From NCBI GenBank assembly GCA_964106915.2, contig OZ066917.1: a stretch of DNA of 64,000 bases, one strand, 5' to 3'. Position 1 is the stretch's first letter. Every line of letters begins with the position of its first letter. Under the pieces are notes generated by a model. The model saw nothing but the letters and a program-made list of their open reading frames with translations, was not told the origin of the DNA and made no database searches. The DNA is from Podarcis gaigeae. Its lineage: Eukaryota. Positions 10,788 to 23,294 of this stretch are shown one piece after another. The position numbers and the translations under genes are program-made.

Positions 10788-12744
10788 TACAACCCACTGA
10801 TCTGGACCAGGCTCTGGCTAGGACAAAATCAACACCCATGGCATAACCTTCTCTCAGCTTGAAATGAGTATGAAATAGCTTCCCGTTTCCCTTTCACTGA
10901 GGCACCTGCCAGGTGAGAATCTCCCTTTTGTGCTCAAACTTATCTAGGGAGAAATAGATGGGACAATAACGGGAACCAAATATAGTCTAAGGTCCGACAG
11001 CCAGATCTGGACTGTTCCAAAAGCTTTGTAGTTCAGTCCAATTATAATGACTTTAAGCATTGCTTATGACACACACCAAGACATTTCACAAAGTAACTTT
11101 CAATTACTATTTATCATGTTAAAGCACTGCATAAATTAAAAACAACTTAAAATATTAAGCAGGCAAATGCCTGCAATCAACTAGGCTATTTGCGTTTGCA
11201 TTAATACTCATCTGGTTAATTTTGATATGGGATGAAAAGCAGCACAAATCTATTTTGTGAAGGTATTACATCACCCTTTGTTTTGTCCATTAAATATTGC
11301 ACATATATAGAAGGTTATTATAAAATGCTGCTTCTTTCTTTGGCTCTTTACTTTTCATTTAACCTTTTTGTGCTTGCATTCTCGCCAAGTGCAGAAGTAG
11401 TGAATTACCTTATTAAGCTGCCTGCTTTTGAATAAAATTATTTTAAATTACATTTCTTTGCTTCAGAGACCTTTAGGGAAAAAAACCCTGTTAATATTAG
11501 CACATGAGGAACATTCTTTTCATATTGAATATACTGATATAAATTCATTTCTTCAGTGTTGTAAAAAGATTCAAGTTCTAGCCTCATTACTCCTGCCACT
11601 GACTGTGGTTGCCAAGTTGTTCTACATGTTGCCAGTTCTGGGCTTGTCCACACTTACTCTTGTCCCGCTGCTTTCCCCAAGGGAAAAACCTCTCTTTACT
11701 GCTGCACTGGAGCAAAGGTCAGTTGGATTTTCTGTGGATTGACGTTTGCTCTGATTCAGCGGTAAAGAGATGGTTCTCCCTGGGAAAGCAGCAGGGCAAA
11801 TGGAAAACCATTTGGACCAGTGCCTAGAAAGCATGTGTTAAATGCTAACTAAGCACCAATTCTCATGAAGACTATGGCTGATCTCCTCTGGCTGAATGAC
11901 AGAGTTTGCCTGATTTCAGAAAATAGAGATTTCAGAAAAATTTACCCCAAAATATTTTCTGGATCCTGCTGGTTTGTATTATTTAGTGCCAGAAAACAAT
12001 TCAGTTTTTAATATTAAAATAATATACCAGTTTGTAGCCAATCACAATTGCCCATCAAATAATGTTAATTTGCTTAATTTAGCAATAATCATAAGGGAAG
12101 CAAAATGGCAGTCGTGCATTCAATAATTCTGAATCCTAGGGTCAGACTTCTGAGCTGAACTGAAGCACAAATGTAAAGCAGCAGCTCTTTAGAAATAGGG
12201 CAGAAATCAAAGCCAAAACAGATGCAGTTTTTGTTTGTTATCAGAAAGGTACATACAGATACAGGAAGTGAAGAAAAGACAGTACCCTTGAAACAATAAA
12301 CTGAAAGGAAACTGCACTTAATAATGATGCATCATTCCATATGCACATTTATATCTCTGAAGGACATGCACATTACAAAAGTGAGAGGGAAGCAAAAAGT
12401 GCCTTGTTTCCAACACCTCAAAAGGTCAGAACATTTTTTCCCTATTACCTGTCTCTGTATATCTAAATTGGAGTGAGTTCTCCTTACACTGGCCTCATGC
12501 CAGGTGCATAGTAATTTAGAAATAGAGTATACTCTGTGCCCACACTCTTCACCATCTCCTTATGGCTTTCAGTGGGCCACTTAATCAACTGTAACAAGCT
12601 TCAATTCATTAGCGGCCAGCACAGTGAACAGTAGGTTTATGGTGTACATTTAGACGGATCCAGGCTCATTTCCCAGGTAGGTGATCCCAAAGCATGAAAC
12701 ATGATGGTAATATAATTATCTTAAAAGATTATTAAAGAAACCAA

Positions 12745-12955
12745 ATGTAGCTAAGAGCAAGAGCTGCAAGCCAGAAAGTCTCAAGCTGAAATCTTACTCC
12801 AGCCATGAGCACACCAGGCAAGTCATTCTCTCTCATCCTGAAGTCGCAATATGGGAACAATAATAGAGACTAACTTTTAATGGCTCTTCTAAGGATTACA
12901 GATAATTTTCATGAAGCACTTTGAACACCTAAAAAAATCACCATATAAATGTTCT
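12745..12955 (+). mobile_element. Ancient CORE/MIR-like SINE
   Basis: GGCAAGTCATTCTCTCTC...ATGGGAACAATAATA...GTAAGGATTA-like core and the GAAGCACTTTGAACAC...TATAAATG 3' end typical of MIR-type SINEs. Confidence 0.6.
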
Positions 12956-15900
12956 GTATTCTTAAGTCCAAACCTGTTTTTTAAAAATCTCATGCAATTT
13001 AAACCACATTTCTTGCATTAGTAACTTGCATTAGTACATGTTCCTGTTGGGGCCGCAACTGTTTTACGAGCTTATGCTCCCTTGCCTTTAGCAGCAGTTT
13101 AATTTATAAACTTTAACGGATAATACTGCTTTGCCTGACTTCTGTGCAGTGTTGAACATTTGGATGTGGGACAGGTGAAATGGGATAGTTAAATCTGTGA
13201 CTGCATATTTTAGCATGTATTTTTATTTTTTATTGAGGAGGGAGTCAATTTTTTGTACTGTTGTTAATCAGCGCAAATAGCAAACAATTGTTGGCATCCA
13301 TTTGTCTCAGGAAATAATGAAGGACTGCACATTTTGGGGGTGAGGGGTGGAGTTAAAGTCAAACCATTGGTGAGTGACAGCACCTGCTGTGGCTGTAGAG
13401 ACCAATACGGGAGACACATGCTTAGCAACATTAAAAGTTGATGCAGTGGTATGCTTGCATGGGCATTACTAGATCAAATCCTTACTTGGGAACAAAAACT
13501 AAAGAGTAAGTTAAGTCTGGACACGTTTGTGAGGCTTCAGTCACTTAATCAAGACCACTTTGGTCAATCACTCAATCCTAAAGAACAGCAGTAGCTCCCT
13601 TCAGTGACCAAACGAATCACTTCAATGACACATCTGCGCTCTTCGGCTCTGATAAAAGGAGACTTCACCTTGCTTCAAAAGCCAGGTCTGACACAATCTA
13701 AGATGGAAAAACTAACCTGACACCACCTGATCACTCCAAACTGCAAAGAACAGGCATAAGCAGTGACAGCACACAATCTATAGTACATGGCAGGTTTTTT
13801 TAGGTCATTGGATAGTTGCCCATTTAGAGAAGAAGAAAATGAAAATTAATAGCTCTGCTGGGTTTTCAAAAAATGAAATAAAGCCAAGAAATGATGTTTA
13901 CAATAGAAGATACTGCAGCACACAAGCATCTTTAACAGGTATTCTAAATGAAATGTATTTTCTCAGGCTTCCTAGACGAAAATTTGAAGATCACATTCTT
14001 TTCTCTTGAAATAAATCCATAATTACTGCCAGAACCTGGCTCTCTGTCACCAATTATTTTTTAGACAAGCAATAGTGCAATACTGATCCAGCTGTTGAAA
14101 CGTATAGAACTTAAATTAGCTGTTATGATTAATCTGTCCCAGTGATCTCAGTGGGATTTGTTTGCAACTTGCTTTAGCTAGACTGTGGCATTTGACCCCT
14201 AGTTTGCAAGTCTATTCTTTATCCCCACAGTCTCTTACTGTGTCCAGTGCAAATGACCAATCGGGCAATATATCAACATGTCAAGCAGACACCACTCATC
14301 AACCATCACATTTTGATCAGGCCTCTGCACAGAGTCTACAAACATACAAGTTGTATACATACAGGCTCTCTGCAATAAAAATTAGTAGGTAGGGCTCTTT
14401 TGTATATGGCTGGCTACTTTTAAAGCTCAGCTTACACTCATGGTTAGGACCACTGAAGTCCTGCAATTCATATTTTCTTCATTAAGCTTTTTAAAAAATA
14501 ATAATAATAATCCTCATCATCAAGCAGCCACCTTTATGGGAAATGGGTATTACGATGACACATGTTTCAAAACAGCTATCAAACCATTATGCCTCAAAAC
14601 TGACCAGCTATCGTTAGGCATTATCTGTTTTTAACAGATTGTATGTGCACTAAACCCTGAGCCTGCAATTAAATAGTCTACTTAATTTTCCACTTATAAT
14701 GAGGATGTGAAAGCTGACACAATGAACCCTACACCCACTAAAGCATTTTCTCTGTGCAGCAGCATTCCACCTGTGATCTTGAATGTGTAATTCCCTTAAT
14801 TAGGAGAATTTCATAAACAGATTTGAATTGCCTTTAATTTCATGCCTCCTTCCTTTCATAGGCTTGTGTGTGTCTATGCATGCACCATCATCAAAATAAG
14901 CCCAAGAGGAGGATAATTAATATTCTATTATTCTAATGGGGAAATAATGTAGAGAGACATTCATGCCCAAAGGAACCAAAGTGAACAGTTTTCTGAGTGG
15001 GGACATTTTCCCAAGTTCAACATATGCAAGAACAAACCCAATGAACTTATTATATTGACGTCCAGTTTAAGATTCAGAGTGAGAAACACTTGCTTTAGCA
15101 AATGTTCATGGTACTCATGGGGCACAAACCACCCCCTCAGCACACACAATTTGGCCAGTAGCATTAAGTAGGGTCTCAGGATATACGAAGATATGCAAGC
15201 CACAAAATGAGCTTATCACTTCCTGAAAAGGAAGCATTTCAAAATGGACTCAGCTAACCACCCTACATAGATGGATTGAGACAAGTCAAGAGAAACTTCA
15301 CATTTATTCTTCATTCTTTGCAAAGCAATCACTTGGTTCTGAATGTTTCAACTAATGCAGTAGAACTGTGGTTTAATTAATCAACATCATTTTTATAAGC
15401 TACAACTGGCCTTACACAGAAGCAAAGATATAAATTCTGACAGCCTGCCGTAAGACAAGCTTGAACACAGTATTAGCTCTCACTCCACATCTCTACCTAT
15501 TAACAGCCAAATGCTCTGCATAAAGGAGATGAAATGGCACTACATTAATTTACCACCTGCCAAATGTGTACCTAGAATGATTGTCTGAAGGGAGAGGAGG
15601 GAGAGTGGACAAATAAATAGTTCCAACCATTTTTGCTTCATGCTTAGCAGCCTCTACCAAGCTGCTACCTCAGGTAATTTGACATTTAAGGTTTCTATGA
15701 CCTAATGTTCCTAACCTAACTATACTTCACTGGGGCCTTAGTTCACACTGAAAATAAAGAATGTGAACTTGTCAAAGGGAAAAACCCCCACAGCTGTTTG
15801 AACACAAAAGAAACAAATTTTGCCTGTTGTGTTGCAGGACTGATCTTACCATTAGGAAGAGTGAGGCAAACACTTTAAGTGGCTTGTTTTGGGTGAAAGG

Positions 15901-16144
15901 GAAGAAAATGGTATTTATTATTATTATTATTATTATCTTCTAGTGAGAAGTAAGTGTTAGAAAATCAGAGGGGAAATGACAGTGTTCAACGGAGCTGTGC
16001 ATCTATGAAATTTACTTAAGATCTCAAGACCTGCACTTCTAAATATGAATGTCAATCGTCTTGCTTCATAGTAAACGGGCTTCCTTGATATGTGCAGAAA
16101 TTTTACTATCTCTACTGAGGGAGGAGGCTTAAGGATGTTTAAAT

Positions 16145-16280
16145 CAGGCATAGGCAAACTCTGCCCTCCAGATGTTTTGGGACTACAACTCCCATCATCC
16201 CTTACCACTGGTCCTGTTAGCTAGGGATGATGGGAGTTGTAGTCCCAAAACATCTGGAGGGCTAAGTTTGCCTATGCCTG
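16145..16280. mobile_element. hAT-family MITE (palindromic, 136 bp)
   Basis: TIR CAGGCATAGGCAAACT / AGTTTGCCTATGCCTG, long internal inverted repeat, perfect 8-bp TSD GTTTAAAT (16137-16144, 16281-16288). Confidence 0.92.
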
Positions 16281-16508
16281 GTTTAAATGATCATCTTATA
16301 ACTAGTTTATAAAGGGAGATTAGCACCACATCCACCAGCTCTCTCCCTAATGTTGCCTACCCTCTTGGTCCTGCATTTGGAGTAACATGTGAAAGAGGAG
16401 CCTATATTGTGAGAATCTGCCCTATGCTTTCCCAGTATTAAACCAATTACTAAGCCAAGGATATGTCCTCTTATCCCTTGGATTGCCACATGTCATGTAT
16501 TATTTAGT

Positions 16509-16591
16509 TGAGATTCCTGCATTGCAGGGGGTTGGACTAGATTACCCTCAGGGTCCCTTCCATCTCTACAATTATTCTATGATTCTATGAT
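16509..16591 (+). mobile_element. CR1 LINE 3' end
   Basis: GATTCCTGCATTGCAGGGGGTTGGACTAGAT...GGTCCCTTCC and an (ATTCTATG)n octamer tail. Confidence 0.85.
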
Positions 16592-17519
16592 CTACTCTGA
16601 GTAAAACCTATTTGAATACCACACATTAGGATGCTTCTTTACTGTAAATGAAGTGGGTACAGCAGGGTGGTGAGCTTGATTTGTACAAATTATTTTGTAT
16701 CCTTCCTTGATAACACCAAGAAAGATTTCAGACAAACAAACAGCAAGTGGAAATTCCCTGCTTAATTGTTTGATTAGCATGACAGTTTCTAAGGCAAGTC
16801 CGTATGTAAAGTGTATGTGAAGTCTCAAATTGAGCTGCAAAGAGGTACTCGAAACCTTGTATGAAAACTTTATTAATTTTACTTGGATGGAATATTCTGT
16901 CAGCCCTAACATTATTACAGTCCCTTCACTGATAATTAGTAGTTTAATGATTTATGATGCCTTGTCTGATATGACAGAGTCATAACTTGCTTTATACCAT
17001 CAAAGGCTGTATACATTCACTGTATTTACAATCCCATTTGATTAGATCTAAGCTTATTTCATAAAAAAGGTATATAACCACAAGTTTTAGATAAGGGGCG
17101 CTGGCTGAATGGTGACAGGTAACAATTTAAAGAAATCCTTTACTCTCTCCTTGAGATTGCAGTTTTCAGAACAAAGGGCATGAATTCAGCAATTTTGGTT
17201 TGAAAGCAATCATCAATCTTCCACAATTTCACAAAGATCCTGTCTAATGACTATATTAAATTGCTTCAAAGTTTATGAGACACCACCCAATAACATCAGG
17301 AATGATGACCCATTCTTTTTTTTGTTTTCTAAGTGAAAATGTTACTTCATTTTTTTGTCTTACAAGAAGATGCGCATTATGGGACAATAAGTGAACTTGC
17401 ACAATAACTAATCATTATTAAACAATTTTATTTGCAGAATATCAGATTAATATTCATAACAATGAATTCTATGTAAAAACCGAGCCTGTTTAGCTACACA
17501 GTATATATTTTATAGGCTC

Positions 17520-17965
17520 ATGTACCTGATGAATGCTCATTAGTTGCTGAACATTGAACTGGAGTAAAATGCTCCAGGGCTCTGTCCTTGGCCCTGTATT
17601 GCTCAACATTTTTATGTAAATTGGACGAGGAAGCAGAAGGGGTGCTTATCAAATTTGCCGATGGCACTTACTGGAAGAGGTAGCCCCCATCATTAAAGAA
17701 AGAAATTATCTGGACAGGCTAGGATGCCTGACCAAAACCAACAGGATGAAATTCAAAAAAGATAAATGCAAAGCACTGCATTTAGATTAATAAACAAATA
17801 ATCAAAAACACACATATATGACAGAAGAGCCCCGACTTGGCAGCAGTACATGGGGAATGTATACAGGCATCGCAGGATGAACATGAGCTAGGTGGGCAAT
17901 GCTGCTGCTAAAAAAGTCATGCAGAAATCATGGAAAGCAATTACTCTGTTCTATTCTGCCGCTTT
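17520..17965 (+). mobile_element. Old CR1 LINE, RT-domain fragment
   Basis: Decayed PQGSVLGPVLLNIF (~17574) and IKFAD(G)T (~17648) RT motifs, then MKF.KDKCKALHL. Confidence 0.8.
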
Positions 17966-18045
17966 TAGAGTATGGTGGGAGGAATTCAGCATAATAATAT
18001 GCAGATTGCTCCATCAGCACAAGAATTTCTGCTTACCTGTGGAAC

Positions 18046-18581
18046 ACAGAGTCACAGAATCTTAGAGTTGAAAGGGACCCAAGGGTCATCTAGTCCAACC
18101 CTCTGCAATGCAGGAATCTCTGCTAAAGCATCCATGACAGAAGACCATCCAACCTCTGTTTGGAAACCTCCAAGAAAGGAGAGCCCACCACCTCTTGTAG
18201 GAGTCTGTTCCACTGCCAAACAGCTCTGTCAGAAAGTTCTTTTTTCCCAATGTTTAGGTAGAATCTCCTTTCTTGCAACTTGAAGCCATTGGTTTGAGTC
18301 CTGCCCTCCAGAGCAGGAGAAAACAAGCATGCTCCCTCCTCCATGTGACACCCCTTAAGATAATTGAAGATGGCTATCACATCTCCTTCTCAGTCTCCTC
18401 TTTTCCAGGCTAAACATAACCAGCTCCTTCAAGCGCTCTTCATAAGGCCTAGTTTGCCCTCATCTGCATACATTCTAGCTTGTCAACATCCTTCTAATAT
18501 TGTGGTCCCCAGAATTGGACACAGTATTCCAAGTGGTACTATTACTTCCCTTGATTTGACACTATACTACTGTTGATGCAG
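18046..18581 (-). mobile_element. CR1 LINE 3' fragment
   Basis: ORF 18123-18380(-) MIAIFNYLKGCHMEEGACLFS...GRTQTNGFKLQERRF is the CR1 ORF2 C-terminus; CR1 3' UTR and tail near 18046-18120. Confidence 0.9.
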
Positions 18582-18827
18582 TATATTGTTAGGACACATC
18601 TTATTTTTGTGATAACCCACCCTGGGACCTTAGGGTGAAGGGTGGGTAATAAAACCACCACCACCACCTCTCCCCCCTGCCTGCTATTCTTTGGAATCTC
18701 CTAACAACCACCACACCCAAGCCAGTTTGAGGTGTGTGGAGGCAATGGGGAAAGTCCCATTGCACTAGCGGAACCCATTAGTTGAACCCAGTCCTATGCC
18801 TAGTTTGGGGAGAAATGAATTTTACAT

Positions 18828-19053
18828 GTCAAGAAGAGGGCAACCAAAATTATGAAAGGATCTCAAAACCAGTCCCTATGAGGGGCATCTGAAAAAGCCT
18901 TCAGGACACAAGTTTAAAGAGAGACATGATGGCGGTCTTCAAATATCTGAAGGGCTATCATGAGGAAGATAAAGCAGACCTGTTCCCTGTTATAACAGAG
19001 GGCAGGACAAGAACCAGTGCTGGGAAATTGCAAGGAAGCATACGCGCACGCGT

Positions 19054-19091
<38 letters not shown>

Positions 19092-19295
19092 TTTTAACTT
19101 CTTTTAGTTTTGGTGGTTTTTTTAGATTTCAGATTATTTTAAAAGATTGTACCCCTCCCTCCTTATGCTGGTCTATGACCATAATAAAGTGGTATTGTTG
19201 TTGTTGTTGCAAGGAAGCAGATTTTGGCTGAACATGCTGTTTGACTGTGGAACAGGCTGGCTTGGGTGGTGCTGGACTCTCCTTTCACTGGATAT
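18828..19295 (+). mobile_element. CR1 LINE ORF2 C-terminal fragment (probable continuation of 17520-17965), interrupted at 19041-19206
   Basis: MMAVFKYLKGYHEEDKADLFPVITEGRTRT...KLQGS; the sequence resumes after the duplicated TTGCAAGGAAGCA. Confidence 0.8.
19041..19206 (+). mobile_element. Short retroposed insertion with (CA)n head and AATAAA/(TTG)n tail
   Basis: 13-bp TSD TTGCAAGGAAGCA (19028-19040, 19207-19219). Ends ATGCTGGTCTATGACCATAATAAAG followed by (TTG)n. Family not identified. Confidence 0.7.
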
Positions 19296-21700
19296 ATTTT
19301 TGCACCCCCTACCAAAACTCCCTCTTTTACACAACTGTTTAAAGGTGCAAGAGAGCGCAGGCCTCTTCTGCATCTGGCTATCCTCCCAAGATACTTTCCT
19401 TCCTTCCTCATATCTATACCTTCACATACTACATTTTTGTGCAGCTGACTTGGAGGTGCATTCCACTTAAAAGGGCAACACACAGAAAAAGAAATTAATT
19501 AGCTTGCCCTTCCTAAACCCTAGGGTTTCCTGGTGTGTGATGGATGAGTAGGGATTAGTCCAGCATCAATGCTCACAGTATCCTTTAATTAAATAATTTT
19601 CTTTTAAAAAACATAGACTAAAAAAATGGTAGGAGAGAACTTTCTCCATGGCCCCTGACCTCTTAGTAACCCACATCCCAACAGCAATCAGCACTGTGGC
19701 TAATTGTATTTATTCAGATAATACATCTCGAACAGCATCTGGAACTAGGTTGTTTCTAGGGCAGGCTTTGAAGCCGTTAATAACTACATGGTTTTGAGGT
19801 TCTGTGTGAAAAACTGGTTAGAATATATCTTCAGTATTTCAAGTCTATTCCCAGGGGTAGGCTAATATGCTTGTCCTTAGGTGACTTCTGTAAATACCTG
19901 AAGCTTTCGTATTCTCTATCAACATTCATACCAGTCCTGTTATTTCAGCTGCTGTTCAATCAGCTGCTTCACTCTCAATAAAGATCTGCATGCAGCCTCC
20001 CCTGGGCCCCATGGACAAGCCACTGCCAGCTGCTGATTCAACCAAATAAGATAAGCTTTATAGTGAGGATTAGTGAATGTAACTGAAGAAGGCAGCAGAA
20101 CCACTTTGGTTGGTCAGTAGAGCCATGGAGCTCTTTTGACCAGCAGCTGAGGCTGAAAGCAGATACTTGCCAACTGCAAAGTATCCCTCCAATAACACTG
20201 TCCCAAGTCACCCTCAATCCTACCAGGAAGAGAAGAATAGCAAACTATCAGATACTGTGAAGTCTCCATGCTTCTAATTTCTACTAGTATTCAAAAAGTA
20301 AAAAGTAAATTTATATGCCCCCTAGCCCAAATTTTAAGCCTTCCTCCAGGCTTTGCACACAATAATATTAAATCTCAAGAACCTTATAATGTTCTTATTT
20401 TAGGGTCCCTACAAAGAAGAGGAAGACTGTTTTAGTGGCGAAAGACATGGTAACTTAAGTTCTCTTGATGCATTCTGTCCACCACTTCAGGACCTTATCC
20501 TCTCTCACCTTCGTGTGTGAGGCTATTGCTCCTCCAGCTGCATCTAAACCCAACCCCTCAGCACACAAGGAACTGCAAGAAAAAACTAACTGCAGGGGTA
20601 GAGTCTCAACCAGAATACAATTAAGTCACCTTGAGCATTTGCTGGCAGAATGACAATGTGCTAAACTTAAAAGAAAACCCTTCAAGCCATGAGCATCATT
20701 AGCACAAACTTGGCCAATTAAACTAAAAAATATTATTTTTTCTATCTTTCTTCCTCCACCACAATGAGCAAAACTGAACCAAGAGAAGATACCCTTCAAA
20801 CATGCACAAATATAAATATATTTAAAAATGAAGCCCCTAGGTCAGATTTTTTTCCTCCCAAATATAGAAGATCCCATAAAAGTAATAGAAAATATGTGAT
20901 ATCCAGCATAAGCAAAATATAGAAAATATGCCAGCCTATGCCATTAAAGAGCTGCAACAGGGCAAAACTACATTGGTGAGCTGATTTGTAAGATGTCTAG
21001 CCTTCATGTAAAAAAATCAAATTATGAGCTCCTGTTGGGTAACAAGATAACAGTCCACAAAAGAAATAAAATACCACAGATTTGCAACAAGTCAGAATCA
21101 AGTTATCCACAATGATGTGAACAGTTACAAAAAGCAGACAATAGTGAAGTTGGGTTATATGTTATCTAGCCCAATGCAAACTTTCCCAAAGCTGATGAAT
21201 GATTTAAAAGGAGAAAGAAATCCTAGCCTGAACCACTAACATCCACCAGCTATTCTCTAGTTTAATAATATCTGACAGAGAAGTCAATCTGATACATAGA
21301 GTTCAAAGCAGCAGCAATCTGCCTGCCCAGTGCCTTTTTGCACCGCTTCGAATCTAATCTTGAGCAACTTCAGAATAGGTGACAGCAGCATGCAAAGGAA
21401 GGCTGGCGTGTTACCTAAACATATGCCTGTCATTTCAGCCTCTCTTCGACAAGTACAGTCAGTTGGCTTCCTTTACATCTTTGGAAAATATCTCTTATCG
21501 CAGGGTAGCTTAGAACAGGTAAGTAGGAGCCTGAGAACACTTTCTCAGATACTGCCAATGGAGTGAAATGCAGCAGCACAAATAAAGGCAAGGAGAAACC
21601 GAGCCTTATGGATATTGTGAGATTGAAATTAGCATGTATCATACTAAATTACGCAGGAAAACATGGGACAGATAGAGAAAATGGGGGGGGAGGAGCAGAG

Positions 21701-21845
21701 TCCGAGCACCCAGGGGCAGGGCGGACGTCCCAGGGGGATGCCGCCCGCAGCGAGTGTCCCAGTGGGGTGGCGCAGAAATGTCACCCCCTCAGGGATGACA
21801 CCTGGGGCAGACCGCACTCACCGCACCCCCCTTTCTCTGCCAGTG
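21701..21845. mobile_element. One end of a GC-rich non-autonomous DNA transposon (CAGTGGCGTAG-type TIR, decayed)
   Basis: CpG-rich block ending CCGCACCCCCCTTTCTCTGCCAGTG, with internal hairpin TGTCACCCCCTCAGGGATGACA. Confidence 0.5.
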
Positions 21846-22004
21846 GGGGGGGGGGGAGCAGAGAACAAAACCAAGGACAACAAAGTACACTTCTACATAG
21901 AAACCGTTTTTTGAGGCTTCATTAAAGCATGGAAATTTGCTCATTTTGTAATGTACTTGCTGCTACTGTAGCTGTTTAATATACATACTGGTAGAGACGA
22001 GCTA

Positions 22005-22229
22005 CAGGGGTACCTCGGGTTAAGTACGTAATTCGTTCCAGAGGTCTGTTCTTAACCTGAAGCACCACTTTAGCTAATGGGGCCTCCCGCTGCCACCGTG
22101 CCACCGGACCATGATTTCTGGTCTCATCCTGAAGCAAAGTACTTAACCAGAGGTAATATTTCTGGGTTAGCGGAGTCTGTAACCTGAAGCGTATGCAACC
22201 TGAAGCGTATGTAACCTGAGGTACCACTG
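22005..22229 (-). mobile_element. Tc1/mariner (Tigger/pogo-like) MITE, copy 4
   Basis: Same family as 4629-4870; TA TSDs 22003-22004 and 22230-22231. Confidence 0.9.
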
Positions 22230-23174
22230 TATATCGCTAATTCATTTTATGGGGCAGTTCTCATATTTTGCATGGAGGAGGGGGAAGTCACATGAAGAAA
22301 TGCCAGTGTAAAATGAACTGCACATGGAAAAACCAAAGCCATTGCTGGGATGATAACAGTACCTTTTGTGATCACTGAAATAAAAGAAATAGTTGCATGT
22401 TATCTCCATGCAGCATCCAGATCTCACTGAAATGGATGAAAGATGCACAGAATGAAAAAACAAAACAAAAAACACAAAGTGTGGGTGAAGCAGTCACTTT
22501 ACATATGTGAACTGGCTCACTTTTTATTTACATTCAAATCTAGCCACATCTGTTTTAAAAGACAGATACTAATAACAGTTATAAATGACTACCAACACAT
22601 TGCTGGTAATAATGCCTTCATATTTTATAACATATGGCTTTCTAAGCAAAAAGAGCTTGCTATAAAAGCACTTTGTTTTCCTGCCAGATATTATCAATGG
22701 CATTTGAGGATACGGGAGGTAGAGTGTTGGATGGAATCCCATAAATGTAGGGAAAGTGGTTGGTTTTACTTTATGAAGGACAGAGAGGTGAAAGTATATG
22801 CAACCTTAGATTAATAAGCAAAGGGAGGAAATTTGGTTGGATACAGGGTTGCCCTTGTGAGTGGAAGTCCTCTTTCCATTTGTGGAAGGATCCAGGATCC
22901 AGTAGAGACTACCTGCTGAAGGTGGGGAAGCTATTTTTGCACACATACACCAGTGCCACCCCTCACACTGTTCTGGAGGTCTGCCAACCTGCTGGAGCAT
23001 ATTTTTACAACAATACAAACACAACACCTAGGCTAATTGTTTGTAGAGAATATATAATAGAATAATGATATCATTCAAATTATAGGAATAAGCCAATCAA
23101 AGTTCATATGTACAATATAACAGAGTGGTAGCAAGGACCATCAAGCCATGTGTTCAAAACAGATGTCTAAGGAC

Positions 23175-23294
23175 AGTCTCACAATAGTCTTTCAAAAGTT
23201 TCAACAGAAGACATCTCAAAAGTTTCAAAAGTAAAGTCTCTCAATAGTCTTTCAAAAGTTTCAGCGGAAGATGTCTCAAAAGCCTAAAAAGAAC
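23175..23294. repeat. Imperfect tandem duplication, 60-bp period x2
   Basis: AGTCTC(A/T)CAATAGTCTTTCAAAAGTTTCA..GAAGA..TCTCAAAAG starts at both 23175 and 23235. Confidence 0.85.

Noticed and set aside
13285-13420. Possible RTE-type 3' end on the minus strand
   Set aside because: Only a vague resemblance (TGTTGGCATCC...GTCTCAGG), with no TSD or coding motif.
23175-23294. CRISPR-like repeat-spacer array
   Set aside because: Only two contiguous degenerate units, no unique spacers, and a vertebrate context.
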